64,000 nt of DNA from Methanobacteriota archaeon (GTDB taxonomy: Archaea; Thermoplasmatota; Poseidoniia; Poseidoniales; Thalassarchaeaceae), in the NCBI GenBank assembly GCA_002730095.1, contig PBZE01000050.1, positions 6,258 through 70,257 on the forward strand. Reading direction: 5' to 3'. The notes beneath the pieces were generated by a model. The model saw only the letters and a list, made by a program, of their open reading frames with translations, ran no database searches and had not been told where the DNA came from. The position numbers were made by a program, and so were the translations under genes. Below, piece by piece: positions 18,619 to 28,507 of the stretch. Each line of letters starts with the position of its first letter. The first letter of the stretch is position 1.

Positions 18619-19395
18619 TTAAGGCGCGCCCATTGATTCAATAGTCGCCATAAGCTGGTCTGTAAAATTACGATATAGGACCTTCATAATGGAGATCTTA
18701 CCATGCTCATCTAACTCTGTCAGACTCTCTATTTGCGCGCTTGAAAAATTTCCACCACTCACAGAACCAAGCCACTCGCCAAATGTAACAGGTTCGCCAA
18801 TATTGACCTCGACCCTTTTCCAAAAACGAATAAAATTTGCACCAGGGGGCATTACTTCTCTTGAGCCAATAATTGAAATTGGATAAACCGGGACGCTAGG
18901 GAAGCTAGCAGCGATCCTAGCAACTCCTGTTTTCCCACGTTGTAGGAAGGGTGGACTGGTATTCCTGGATCTAGTTCCTTCGGGGAAAATTCCTAGCGCA
19001 TATCCGCCATTCAGAACATCATGTGCTCTTGAGAGTGCATCTTTGGCACCTTCTGATCTGAGCGTTTCAATCATCCCGTTACTTTTCATTATGAATCTGT
19101 TAGGTTGCTTCTGGAAGTGTCCTTCCTTGGCAAGATAGAATACCTGTCTCCTAGCTGCAAGTATTTTGAAAATTGGGTCTAGGTTTGAGATATGATTGGA
19201 AGTAAGGATCATAGCCCCTTTCCTAGGAATCCTCTCAATTCCTGTATACTTGATATTGAATGTAAATCTAACAATGGGGCTGAGGTATCTCACTAGAAAC
19301 CTGTACATCAGTGGAACAGAGAACACTTCTCCCGTTCCACCAATATCGGATATTTTAGAAAACTCGTCAATATCTTTCAGACTAAGTTCTGACAC
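18619..19395 (-). CDS. plsC: 1-acyl-sn-glycerol-3-phosphate acyltransferase-like (PlsC family)
   Basis: It carries the HX4D motif ([11 protein letters not shown]) and FPEGTRS, the two hallmark blocks of PlsC/LPLAT acyltransferases. Confidence 0.8.
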   Translation of the reverse strand: MSELSLKDIDEFSKISDIGGTGEVFSVPLMYRFLVRYLSPIVRFTFNIKYTGIERIPRKGAMILTSNHISNLDPIFKILAARRQVFYLAKEGHFQKQPNRFIMKSNGMIETLRSEGAKDALSRAHDVLNGGYALGIFPEGTRSRNTSPPFLQRGKTGVARIAASFPSVPVYPISIIGSREVMPPGANFIRFWKRVEVNIGEPVTFGEWLGSVSGGNFSSAQIESLTELDEHGKISIMKVLYRNFTDQLMATIESMGAP

Positions 19396-19436
19396 GAACC
19401 CCCGAAGACGAACCCTGTTTCACTGTTTGGTATTCT

Positions 19437-20573
19437 ATGACAAGTATTCTAGACATTTGCCCCCTCCCATCATCCATGCGGGCGCGTAAGATAGTCGGTT
19501 TTATCCTCGCATTATTGATGATGGTCCCATTTCTTGCTTCTCCGGTTGCCGGTGAATGGTCCGAAGACACGTGGCTAGAGAATATTATTGGCCCAGAGAG
19601 GCTAGAGAATGGGGATGAGTTTGGATGCCATGGTTATGAAGGGGCCTCTATCTCAGAAGATATTTGGATAATTGATGAGTGCAAAAAGTATCTGATGAAA
19701 GGTACGAATGCATCAAGATGGGGGGCGCCGCCAATTTCATTCGGGGTCCCCGGGCAGATTATCGATCAATATACGGCCTCTCAGTTGATTTCCTCAGGAT
19801 TTTTGATAGTGGGGGATTCATTGGAAGAAGCTCCAGAAGGATTGATCTTGGCTAAGAGGAATGGCGCTAGTCTGGAAAAGGGAGTTGCAGACAAATCCCT
19901 GATTGAGTCTGCCGATGAAGACTCTTTGACAAGCATATATTGGAGGGCCAGAATAGATGATCTAAGAGTAAGGGAAGACAAGGATTTCATGTCATGGTTA
20001 GAGGAACAGGACATTTGGTTTACAACATGGGGGGAGTGGAATATGCATCAAATTTCTTCCGAAAATACTTCAGTTACTACAGACGGATCTGAGTTGTATT
20101 CTGTCTCAGAGAGCAGTGATTTATGGCAAGTTCCAGGGACTTCGCTAATTCTTTTTGACTCTGAAATATCGGGGGTATTCAACTCTGGAGGTGAGCCTTT
20201 CCCTGTAATTTCCCCATATACAAAGAAGCTGGAGTCCGGTTGGAGAGAAGTAGAGGGAGGAATTCTGCTGACCCAATCCCCGGGAACTACCATTACAATC
20301 AAACTCAATGAGTATCCAGAATCAGTTTCAATACAACCAGTTACAACATTCAATGGCCTTCGTAACGCAGTGACAATAGTGGGGCATCATACAACTAATC
20401 TTTTCCATTGGTCATCCGACTTTCAGGAGTCCCCGTTGACATTCACATGGCTAATTGAGAGGCCATCAGAGGAAGAGATCGACTGGACTCTCCCAATAAT
20501 TGCAGTCGCTACATTAATTGCTGTTCCAGTAGCGGTAAAAAGGGCTATTGAATCAGATAGTAGCGATAATTAG
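19437..20573 (+). CDS. Hypothetical secreted protein with a C-terminal membrane anchor
   Basis: It has an N-terminal signal/transmembrane segment (IVGFILALLMMVPFLASPVAG) and a C-terminal transmembrane helix (LPIIAVATLIAVPVAV). I recognise no family. Confidence 0.55.
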   Translation: MTSILDICPLPSSMRARKIVGFILALLMMVPFLASPVAGEWSEDTWLENIIGPERLENGDEFGCHGYEGASISEDIWIIDECKKYLMKGTNASRWGAPPISFGVPGQIIDQYTASQLISSGFLIVGDSLEEAPEGLILAKRNGASLEKGVADKSLIESADEDSLTSIYWRARIDDLRVREDKDFMSWLEEQDIWFTTWGEWNMHQISSENTSVTTDGSELYSVSESSDLWQVPGTSLILFDSEISGVFNSGGEPFPVISPYTKKLESGWREVEGGILLTQSPGTTITIKLNEYPESVSIQPVTTFNGLRNAVTIVGHHTTNLFHWSSDFQESPLTFTWLIERPSEEEIDWTLPIIAVATLIAVPVAVKRAIESDSSDN

Positions 20574-21623
20574 CTATGAAATATTAGGGCCATAGATTTC
20601 AACACCATTTTCTTTCATCATATCCAATATTGATTTTACTACTTCTGCAGGCAGACTCTCAGGTGGATGTACTCCCGGAGGCAACATTTCCGGATTTTCA
20701 AGCCACGAGATTATACATCCCAAAGTGACCAAACCAGTAGTTCTCGCCATCGAAGAGTCGCCTTCATTTCCATGATCAATAATCTCCCATCTCATAACCT
20801 CGTCATTGCTATCAAAGGCGATTACCTCCATCCAAGTGAACTCTGCTATCTTGGGGTCAAACCACCATTCATTCAACAGCTCATCGACATTCAAATTTCC
20901 ACTATCCCTTTCATCAATGAATTTCTGTATATGTCCGGGCCACCTGACTGTATACTCGGACATCTCTTCGGCCGGAATCGTCGTTAAAACAGATCGAAGC
21001 CCATCTGTAAGGAAAGCTTCCATACTTCCCTTGTCCTTCACCTGTAACAAATGTCTTTCCGATAGAGCTGGAACTGTGACGATACTTGAGCTCCTAACTA
21101 CTCTGGCTGGACGGGTGTACTCAGCAATCACATCTTTGGGAGAAAATGGCGCCATGTATTGCCACTCCCCCTCAGGATCAGTGGGGTTCCCCCCCACTCT
21201 AATCTCAGCCTTAGTGAGGCTGCCCATTATTCTGCAGGCTTCGGCTAGTAGCATATTGGAAAGTCCGGGAGCTATTCCAACGTCCCATAGGACACGGGCA
21301 CCCCGCTTCTCTATTTCATCGCGATAAAGATCGGGAGTGTGCTCACTAAAGCTTAGATCAACTATCGGCCACTTGGTGTCTAGAAGCTTCTTAGTAAGCT
21401 CATGACCTACTTCTCCAGGTAGCATATTGACAACTAAATCCACGCCATCATAGACAGATAAATCGGTCTCTAAAGCATTTCCTTGATGGATGATTAAGTT
21501 TTGGTGTTTTAGTGTCTGGCTTGGCTCCATATCATGCACGTGTACCATATGTCCTAGACTCGCCAATTTTCTTGCCACATATGAGCCGACTAGGCCCGCT
21601 CCAAAGCAATGTACACACTTCAC
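20574..21623 (-). CDS. Saccharopine dehydrogenase-family NAD(P) oxidoreductase
   Basis: It has a Rossmann motif (FGAGLVGSYVA), GIAPGLSNML, FSPKDVIAEYTRPA and TDGLRS...RWPGH, the Sacchrp_dh N and C domain pattern. Confidence 0.7.
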   Translation of the reverse strand: MKCVHCFGAGLVGSYVARKLASLGHMVHVHDMEPSQTLKHQNLIIHQGNALETDLSVYDGVDLVVNMLPGEVGHELTKKLLDTKWPIVDLSFSEHTPDLYRDEIEKRGARVLWDVGIAPGLSNMLLAEACRIMGSLTKAEIRVGGNPTDPEGEWQYMAPFSPKDVIAEYTRPARVVRSSSIVTVPALSERHLLQVKDKGSMEAFLTDGLRSVLTTIPAEEMSEYTVRWPGHIQKFIDERDSGNLNVDELLNEWWFDPKIAEFTWMEVIAFDSNDEVMRWEIIDHGNEGDSSMARTTGLVTLGCIISWLENPEMLPPGVHPPESLPAEVVKSILDMMKENGVEIYGPNIS

Positions 21624-21700
21624 GACCCATCGTCATCGACATCCTCTATTGCACCTTCGGTTCGTTATTTTGCGCCCAAATCCTGCGATGACTTGATTGA

Positions 21701-23104
21701 GTGGTCTATATTCCAAGGCTCATGAACGGTGACGGTGCCATAGATCCTTGGTCTTCCGAAGGGGATACCGATTATTCTCGAATAGTCAGTAAATTCGGAC
21801 TCCAGAAGGTCGATATCTCACAACTTCCAAATCCGGGGATGCTCCATAGAAGGGGAATAGTATTTGCACACAGGGACATGGATGTTGCTGTACGATGTAT
21901 CAATGAGGGAACCCCTCTCGGAGTTCTTACCGGACTGATGCCCAGTGGAGGAATGCACTTAGGTCACAGCATGGTAATAGAGCAAGTTAAGTGGTTTCAG
22001 GAACAAGGCGCCGATGTAACTGTTGCTGTAGCGGATCTCGAGGCACTCGCTACAAGAGGCATTAGTCTATCCAAAGGGAGAAAGACTGCAATCGAAGAAT
22101 ATATTCTGAATTATGCTGCTTTAGGTCTAGACCCATCAAAATCAAGTGTATACTTCCAGAGTGCAAGGCCAGAGGTTCAGAGGTTGGGATTCAAATTAGG
22201 AAGAAGGACTAATCTTTCCGAGTTTGAGGCCATTTATGGTTTCACGGGAGAGACTAATTTAGCACATGTTCAAGCTCCAATGGTACAAGTTGGGGATATC
22301 GTTCATCCCCAATTAGAAGAGTTCGGCGGCCTCAGGCCGATCGTTGTTCCAGTGGGCATTGATCAAGATCCGCACCTCAGACTAACAAGGGATATTATTG
22401 GTAAGACGCATTGGTTCAATATCAATCCAAGAAAGTCAGGCGGACTCATAATATCACTCTCGATTCAGGATGATAACTCGAATATTTTTGGCGTAGGCAA
22501 AGGAGGGAAAATTAACAGGGATATTCGAGCAAATATTTTTGATAGGGTAACGAGAATAATTTCATTACTCGGATTTGCCGACTTGATATCTAACCCAAAA
22601 CACGGTACGTTGGAAATACCAGGTGCAACTAACTCGGATAAGTTCCCTATCAGGATCAGATTACTAGAATTGGAGAGGGAATTAGGAGGACTTGGATTGA
22701 TGGCCCCATGTTCCACATACCACAGATTCGCACCTGGGATGACTGGTGGCAAGATGTCGTCCTCCAAACCTGAAACGACTATCTTCATGAACGATACATT
22801 CGATTCCATGTCCAAGAAAGTCAAGAGGGCTGTTAGTGGTGGAAAATCTACCATTGAAGAGCATAGGAGGCTAGGTGGTGACTGCGGGAAGGATGTCCCT
22901 TTCCAGTACTTGGAATTCTTCTTCGAACAAAATGACTCGGCTATTATTGAAATAAAAAGAGAGTACGAAAGTGGGAGAATGCTTGCAGGTGATATGAAGC
23001 AACTCTGTATCGAAAAGGCGGCTGATTGGCTTTCAGAAATCTCTGAAAAAAGAGAAATTTGGCGAGATCGACTCGATGAATTTTTAGCGCCCGACTCTAA
23101 TTAG
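21701..23104 (+). CDS. trpS: Tryptophanyl-tRNA synthetase (archaeal/eukaryal type) with an internal insertion
   Basis: It contains DPWSS, GLMPSGGMHLGHSM (HIGH-type), GIDQDPHLRLTRD, KMSSSKP and GGDCGKDVPFQYLEFF. The ORF opens with GTG at 21701, and an ATG at 21722 is also possible. Confidence 0.88.
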   Translation: MVYIPRLMNGDGAIDPWSSEGDTDYSRIVSKFGLQKVDISQLPNPGMLHRRGIVFAHRDMDVAVRCINEGTPLGVLTGLMPSGGMHLGHSMVIEQVKWFQEQGADVTVAVADLEALATRGISLSKGRKTAIEEYILNYAALGLDPSKSSVYFQSARPEVQRLGFKLGRRTNLSEFEAIYGFTGETNLAHVQAPMVQVGDIVHPQLEEFGGLRPIVVPVGIDQDPHLRLTRDIIGKTHWFNINPRKSGGLIISLSIQDDNSNIFGVGKGGKINRDIRANIFDRVTRIISLLGFADLISNPKHGTLEIPGATNSDKFPIRIRLLELERELGGLGLMAPCSTYHRFAPGMTGGKMSSSKPETTIFMNDTFDSMSKKVKRAVSGGKSTIEEHRRLGGDCGKDVPFQYLEFFFEQNDSAIIEIKREYESGRMLAGDMKQLCIEKAADWLSEISEKREIWRDRLDEFLAPDSN

Positions 23105-23711
23105 TTTCTTCACTTCCTATGTCAAAGACTGGATATACTGGACCTGGGTCCAAAGCTTTAGCTACATCATCAGAAATCTTAGTCGAGACTGCATCTTCAT
23201 GCAGAATTTGACTGTGACCAACGGGATCGAGTAATTCCAATGTTACAACTTCCTGTGCACATTTCACTTGTTCAATCCTTTCCAAAAGCTCATCACACTT
23301 CAGTAACGTCTCATCATCACTATCCCTATCCGCTTGTCTCCTAATTGTGCCAATTGCGGCACAGAATCTTTCCAATACGCCCTCTACATTTGAAATATAC
23401 CCTGTCGAACTAGCCCCGGGCGAGACCTCTAGGCCCAATTCGGAAATTCTGACTGTACACGAAGACGACCTAACAACTCTGGCACTTACATGCTCACTAT
23501 TCTGAATTTTGAGACTCCATGAACCAGGTTTTTTTCCTTCTGCGGGTATGAAGTCAGTCACTCTCCATCCACAGCTAGAGCATGACATAGTGATCTGGGT
23601 ATGTTCGCCAAAATAGGGTATCTCAGATGTGTGTGCAAGCATCCTCAGAGCATCTTCTGCCCCACACACAGGGCATGACTGTTCAACTACACTTTCCATA
23701 TTGACCCTCAT
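23097..23711 (-). CDS. ZPR1-type zinc-finger protein
   Basis: CPVCGAEDALRMLAHTSEIPYFGEHTQITMSCSSCGWRVTD is the ZPR1 zinc finger, followed by the A-domain-like beta region. Confidence 0.8.
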   Translation of the reverse strand: MRVNMESVVEQSCPVCGAEDALRMLAHTSEIPYFGEHTQITMSCSSCGWRVTDFIPAEGKKPGSWSLKIQNSEHVSARVVRSSSCTVRISELGLEVSPGASSTGYISNVEGVLERFCAAIGTIRRQADRDSDDETLLKCDELLERIEQVKCAQEVVTLELLDPVGHSQILHEDAVSTKISDDVAKALDPGPVYPVFDIGSEETN

Positions 23712-24166
23712 TTTTCTGTCCGGCTAGTAAAATTGGGCGGCAATAGTAAAAGCCTCCTCTCTCCCAATCTCAGGACTTCCCCTGAGATGTCATCCTCTAC
23801 AAATCTTTGAATTTTGTTTACAGCGACATTTAATTCAAGATCATTTTTTATTATTTTGCCCATCTTTACGATAACTATGTCTCCGTCAGAAACCCAATCC
23901 ATCAATTCAGATATTCCAGTCAGATCTTCAAGATCAGCCCTACGGATAACTGTATCACCACTTATTCTTGGGACTGGAGCGTCCGGATATGAGGACCCCA
24001 GATCGTGATAATCCTGACCAGGGCCCAAACTTTCTCTTTGAGGGTCAGAATCACTCACTTCTATCCACTTTGGACCGTCTCGTTTACCCCTTGCCACGAT
24101 ACTGCTGTAGACATTTACTCCTTGATATATCCGGTTATTTGCTTGCTCACTTGTCTGTATGTTCAT
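23708..24166 (-). CDS. sepF: SepF-like cell-division protein (DUF552)
   Basis: The C-terminal region ADLEDLTGISELMDWVSDGDIVIVKMGKI...AVNKIQRFVEDDISGEVLRLGERRLLLLPPNF fits the SepF core. I take the start at ATG 24166 (or 24199). The rest of the listed ORF is antisense to psmB. Confidence 0.65.
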   Translation of the reverse strand: MNIQTSEQANNRIYQGVNVYSSIVARGKRDGPKWIEVSDSDPQRESLGPGQDYHDLGSSYPDAPVPRISGDTVIRRADLEDLTGISELMDWVSDGDIVIVKMGKIIKNDLELNVAVNKIQRFVEDDISGEVLRLGERRLLLLPPNFTSRTEK

Positions 24167-24221
24167 GAAAATATCAGGCCACAGTCCCGTCGGATTCATA
24201 AGGGGCTGACCTGAGAACGTA

Positions 24222-24875
24222 TTGCCGGGACTCACCGGCGGTGATATGATGGATTCTACTTTAGACGCAGTTAAGACAGGCACCAGTACCATTGGAATAA
24301 CCTTCGATGGGGGCGTAGTTGTCGGGGCAGACCACAGGGCTACAATGGGGCATTTCATTGCAAACAAAAGTGTGAAGAAGCTATTCGACATATCTGATTA
24401 TGTTGCTCTCACGACTGCAGGATTAGTCGGACATGCGCAATCACTTTCAAGAACGTTAGCCGCCGAATTAAAGCTCTATGAGTTAAAACAGGGCAAGCCA
24501 ATGACAGTCAAGGGCGCCGCTACTCTTACTGCCAACATCCTAGTTGGTAGGCCTCACTATGTGCAGCTGTTGATTGTAGGTGTAGACAGCTCAGGATCTA
24601 GCGTTTACAGCATAGACTCTGCTGGTGGCTCCATCCCTGACGTATACTGTGCCACTGGATCCGGCAGTCCCTACATGTATGGCGTTTTGGAGGACCAGTT
24701 CAAGCAGGATATGTCGGAGAAGGACGCTCTCAAGGTTGCCGCTAAGGCACTTCTAGCATCAGCTCAGAGGGATGCAGCTAGTGGAAACGGAATGGATCTA
24801 GCTGTCATCACTCCAGAAAGAGGCTATCGACAATTAACTGAGGATGAGGTATCAGCCCTTATCCAATCTCTATGA
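24222..24875 (+). CDS. psmB: Proteasome subunit beta
   Basis: A propeptide is followed by GTSTIGITFDGGVVVGADHRAT. The ...GSGSPYMYGVLE pattern fits the Ntn-hydrolase beta subunit. Confidence 0.92.
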   Translation: MPGLTGGDMMDSTLDAVKTGTSTIGITFDGGVVVGADHRATMGHFIANKSVKKLFDISDYVALTTAGLVGHAQSLSRTLAAELKLYELKQGKPMTVKGAATLTANILVGRPHYVQLLIVGVDSSGSSVYSIDSAGGSIPDVYCATGSGSPYMYGVLEDQFKQDMSEKDALKVAAKALLASAQRDAASGNGMDLAVITPERGYRQLTEDEVSALIQSL

Positions 24876-24936
24876 TACTCACCAAATGAATCTCCTGTTA
24901 ATCGCAGGAAGAATAGCGTGAGCTGGAAGTGATGAT

Positions 24937-26856
24937 TTGAGATTAACATTCTCTGAGATAAAGAACAAAATTTCGAAGATAGTCCCCGAAGGCTTGGACT
25001 ATGAAGTTGATTTAGAGGCTGGTTCCATATCCATCATCACGAAAGAACCATCTTCATTTGGGGGCGCTGGAGGGCAGAGCCTTACTGTGAAAATCGCTAA
25101 AGCGATAAGAAGAAGGGTAGTCATAAGGCCCCATCCAAGTATGCTTTCTACGGAAAAAGAGGTCAATGAAGCGGTTTCTAGAATAATGCCCGAAGAAGCA
25201 CAGATAAGAAGGATCTGGTTGGATCCTGCATTATCGGAAATCACCATTGAGGCCGACGATCCAAAATCTGCTGTTGGGCAGAAGGGCTCCAATATCCTGC
25301 AGTTGAGAAACGAAATCGGATGGCTAGTAAATATCGTGAGAGCTCCTGCCAGGGAAAGTAGGACTCAGACAGATATCAGACGTTTCAGAAAGGAGTTGGC
25401 AGATGAAAGAAAGACGCTTCTTAGGAAATTTGGAACTAGAATTTACAGGCCCCAGAGGCCCGGACCTTCTTGGGTCAGGGTAACTGCATTAGGGTCATAC
25501 AGGGAAGTTGGAAGGGCAATGCACCTTGTCACAACAAACGAGTCGAAGGTTCTAGTAGACTGCGGTGCCAAACCAACTTCCAATAGGAGTGAAGTACAAC
25601 CATTTTTCGCAGCTCCGGAGATGCTCCCACTGGATAACATTGATGCAGTCGTAATCACGCATGCCCACGTAGACCACATTGGCATGTTACCTGTTCTTTT
25701 CCGATATGGCTACAAGGGACCAGTATACTGCACTCAGCCAACAAGGGACCTAATGACGTTACTCCAGATGGATTACATCAAAGTAGCTCAAGCCGAAGGC
25801 AATGAAGCCCCATACTCCAAATCAGACATTCAAGAGTGCATAAAACACGTAGTTGACGTAAATTGGGGCGAGAAGACTGATATTGCCCCGGACATCAAGA
25901 TGACCATGGAAAATGCCGGTCACATTTTGGGTTCATCAAGTGTTTACATGCAAATAGGAGAAGGTAGGAATGAGCATAAGTTACTATTCTCTGGGGACAT
26001 AAAATATGAGAAATCTTGGCTTTTCGATGCAGCCACCGTTCGCTTCAACAAAGTTGACACCCTGGTGATTGAATCGACATATGGGGGTCCTCAGAGTATT
26101 CAGCCAACAAGGCAACAGGCGACACAAGACTTACAAGATCTAATTATCGATACTCTTTCCAGAAAGGGAAAAATATTCTGCCCAGTATTCGCCGTTGGAA
26201 GGTCACAGGAAGTAATGATGGCAATAGATGAGTTGTTCAAATCAGAAAAGGTAACGCCTGTTCCCGTTTGGCTAGATGGGATGATTTCCGAAGCAACCGC
26301 TATACACACCAGCCATCCTAATTATCTCAACAAGGACCTACGGGCAAAGATGCTAAGGGGAGGGGATGAAAATCCATTCAATTCTAAGTGGTTCAGGCAA
26401 GTCGAGTCTAGGGATCAGAGAGAATCGATTCTACTCGATCCATCTCCTTGCATAGTTCTGGCGACTAGTGGCATGATGACCGGAGGCCCAATTGTTGAGT
26501 ATTTCAAGTACTGGGCACCTGAGCCAGGAAACACCCTTTGCTTCGTCGGATACCAAGCCTCAGGGACTCTAGGTCGAAGGCTTCAGGATGGGCACTCTCA
26601 AGTTCCATTGGTGGATAAGGGACAGACTCTAATGGTCGATGTCAGGTGCAATATGGTAATCATCGATGGATTTAGTGGGCATTCTGATAGAAACCAGTTA
26701 ATGGACTATGTTAAGGCTCTGAACCCTACTCCTAGAAAAATTATCTGCCATCATGGCGATCCACAGACATGTAATGCATTCAGGAAGGGACTCAGGGAGA
26801 GATTCAAGGTTCAGACTTATGCTCCAGACAATTTAGAGACATTAAGGCTCCTTTGA
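24937..26856 (+). CDS. aCPSF1 / FttA-type beta-CASP ribonuclease with N-terminal KH domains
   Basis: It has KH-like segments (AVGQKGSNILQLRNEIGW), the MBL motif VITHAHVDHIG and beta-CASP/C-terminal motifs (GFSGHSD). It is 639 aa long, and the only in-frame start is TTG at 24937. Confidence 0.9.
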   Translation: MRLTFSEIKNKISKIVPEGLDYEVDLEAGSISIITKEPSSFGGAGGQSLTVKIAKAIRRRVVIRPHPSMLSTEKEVNEAVSRIMPEEAQIRRIWLDPALSEITIEADDPKSAVGQKGSNILQLRNEIGWLVNIVRAPARESRTQTDIRRFRKELADERKTLLRKFGTRIYRPQRPGPSWVRVTALGSYREVGRAMHLVTTNESKVLVDCGAKPTSNRSEVQPFFAAPEMLPLDNIDAVVITHAHVDHIGMLPVLFRYGYKGPVYCTQPTRDLMTLLQMDYIKVAQAEGNEAPYSKSDIQECIKHVVDVNWGEKTDIAPDIKMTMENAGHILGSSSVYMQIGEGRNEHKLLFSGDIKYEKSWLFDAATVRFNKVDTLVIESTYGGPQSIQPTRQQATQDLQDLIIDTLSRKGKIFCPVFAVGRSQEVMMAIDELFKSEKVTPVPVWLDGMISEATAIHTSHPNYLNKDLRAKMLRGGDENPFNSKWFRQVESRDQRESILLDPSPCIVLATSGMMTGGPIVEYFKYWAPEPGNTLCFVGYQASGTLGRRLQDGHSQVPLVDKGQTLMVDVRCNMVIIDGFSGHSDRNQLMDYVKALNPTPRKIICHHGDPQTCNAFRKGLRERFKVQTYAPDNLETLRLL

Positions 26857-26858
26857 CA

Positions 26859-27131
26859 CTATAAGATCGGAGTGTCATATCCGAAATCTCCCGCACTAAC
26901 TTCGCTCCCATCGGACAACTCTTCTTCATCATCTGGCCATTCGAACGTTTCTTCGATAGAAATGGAACGATTTTCGCTCTTTGATAATGCCAAAGCTACA
27001 GTGAATGGTATCAATAATAGGGCAATCCAAGAGTTTGATCCAACCTCTCCCGATGAAAAAATGCTAGATAACGAAATAAGTACCAGTAATGTTGTCAATA
27101 ACCACCCAACATTCCGCCTGACTGAATTCAT
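26859..27131 (-). CDS. Small hypothetical membrane protein with an acidic tail
   Basis: The 90-aa protein has two predicted transmembrane helices (WLLTTLLVLISLSSIF; WIALLLIPFTVALAL). The opposite-strand ORF is low-complexity Ser/Asn-rich. Confidence 0.45.
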   Translation of the reverse strand: MNSVRRNVGWLLTTLLVLISLSSIFSSGEVGSNSWIALLLIPFTVALALSKSENRSISIEETFEWPDDEEELSDGSEVSAGDFGYDTPIL

Positions 27132-27194
27132 ACCACTCTGAGGGGGGGCCGACTAATCAGTCAAACTCTTGAACCTGCGATTCTACGTAGGTTC

Positions 27195-27629
27195 ATGGAA
27201 GGCCGTTGGGCTATGATCAAATGTGAGTGCGGAAGATATTTTGGATCCAGCTCAAAAAATGTCGGGGGCTGTCCTCGTTGTGGATCTGACAAAAATCTCA
27301 AAATCATGAAAAAATACTCATCTTCAAAATCCCTTAGAGATGATATTTCCAAAGCAAACACCCCTCCAGAAATAGAAAATGAAATCTCTGTGAGGTTTGA
27401 AAAATACGATAGTAAGATCCGAAAAAGAGACAACGTTAGTGCCGATATAATCCAAAAAATAATCAAAACATCCACTACTGATGAAAATATCATCACTATT
27501 GACTCAATTTCAAACTCCATTAGTAAGCTGGCGTTATCCAAAATCACCGCTGAGGACATTATTGAGATACTTGAAGCATCATCACTGGTGCTGAGAAACT
27601 CCAATGGGTCATGGACCGTTCTCCAGTAA
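27195..27629 (+). CDS. Zinc-ribbon protein (DUF1922-like N-terminus) with a putative winged-helix C-terminus
   Basis: It reads MIKCECGRYFGSSSKNVGGCPRCGS (CxC...CxxC ribbon). The likely start is the internal ATG 27213. Confidence 0.55.
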   Translation: MEGRWAMIKCECGRYFGSSSKNVGGCPRCGSDKNLKIMKKYSSSKSLRDDISKANTPPEIENEISVRFEKYDSKIRKRDNVSADIIQKIIKTSTTDENIITIDSISNSISKLALSKITAEDIIEILEASSLVLRNSNGSWTVLQ

Positions 27630-27662
27630 CGTTCATTCAAGAGATGCCCTGCGGAGTCACAG

Positions 27663-27740
27663 GGGCCCGTGGGTTAGTCTGGTCTATGCTAGATGCTTTG
27701 GGAGCATTTGACCCTGGTTCAAATCCAGGCGGGCCCACCA
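27663..27740 (+). tRNA. trnP: tRNA-Pro (anticodon UGG), with genomically encoded CCA
   Basis: I folded the cloverleaf by hand. The acceptor stem is GGGCCCG/CGGGCCC and the anticodon stem is GATGC/GCATT. The anticodon loop is TTTGGGA (anticodon TGG, G37) and the T arm is CCTGG-TTCAAAT-CCAGG. The discriminator is A, followed by CCA. Confidence 0.92.
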
Positions 27741-28499
27741 TTATTCTACTCTACTAAGGGCCTCAATGTCAAATATTGATACCGCCTTTTCAATGGCATC
27801 AGGGATGCTGAACCATCGAGCCTCTTCAATCTCATCATCCTTCGGAACTATCTCAGACACATCGAAGTCACCTTTGCATTTGTATGTGAAAGAAATCCAG
27901 TTAATTCCATCTTCGTTAAAGATCTCCTCACGGATAAAGGCCCCATCTTGCTCGCCATGCGGCACCCCTGTCTCGCCCTTAGGATCATCTATGACGATGG
28001 AGACCCCCAGTTCTTCCATTGCCTCTCTAACTGCCGCCTCACGCGGATGCTCTCCATAATCAACGAATCCTCCAGGAAGTGTCCAACACCCCGTGAAAAA
28101 ACCTCTTGAAACCTTTGCCATGAGTACTTGGCCTATAGAATTCAGAATCAACACCTTGCTGACAACTCTATGAATGGTTCTGTAAACAGATTCTCTGGCA
28201 ACAGGGTCGACAGCGTTGTCACTGATTACTGAATCCTTCCATGCCCACTCGCCCGGCCAGTCAATCAAAGGCTTGCCATGTACAACAATGTGATCTTCTT
28301 GCCCCACTCTGAATTTGTTTGTTCTGATTTTCTCCCACTCTATCCCAAAATTGACCAGCTCTTCTTCTGTAGGGAGACGTATAAATTCTGAATTCGAATC
28401 AAACCCGACTCTGCCGGATCGAGGGATTGCAGGACCAGTTCCGTCACCGTAAACTAACAATAATTTTCCATCAGACTCTAGATAGATGTGTTTTCTCAT
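27741..28499 (-). CDS. NUDIX hydrolase with an N-terminal extension
   Basis: The Nudix box is [24 protein letters not shown]. Confidence 0.8.
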   Translation of the reverse strand: MRKHIYLESDGKLLLVYGDGTGPAIPRSGRVGFDSNSEFIRLPTEEELVNFGIEWEKIRTNKFRVGQEDHIVVHGKPLIDWPGEWAWKDSVISDNAVDPVARESVYRTIHRVVSKVLILNSIGQVLMAKVSRGFFTGCWTLPGGFVDYGEHPREAAVREAMEELGVSIVIDDPKGETGVPHGEQDGAFIREEIFNEDGINWISFTYKCKGDFDVSEIVPKDDEIEEARWFSIPDAIEKAVSIFDIEALSRVE

Positions 28500-28507
28500 T
28501 CACACAC

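Noticed and set aside
24167-24391. N-terminal 75 aa of ORF 23708-24391 (-)
   Set aside because: This part is antisense to the start of the proteasome beta gene and has Pro/Thr/Val-rich non-protein-like composition. The SepF-like core begins after the internal ATGs at 24199 and 24166.
24929-24990. C-box-like GTGATGA followed by CTGA, a possible C/D-box sRNA
   Set aside because: The C-box to CTGA spacing is about 17 nt rather than about 12. No C'/D pair follows. The segment overlaps the start of the aCPSF1 coding region. A similar GATGATGA at about 13643 also lacks any D box.
27161-27640. ORF 27161-27640 (-), 159 aa, the mirror of ORF 27195-27629 (+)
   Set aside because: The plus-strand product has a bona fide CxC...CPRC zinc ribbon and sensible composition. 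The minus-strand product is Ser/Ile/Phe-rich low-complexity sequence.
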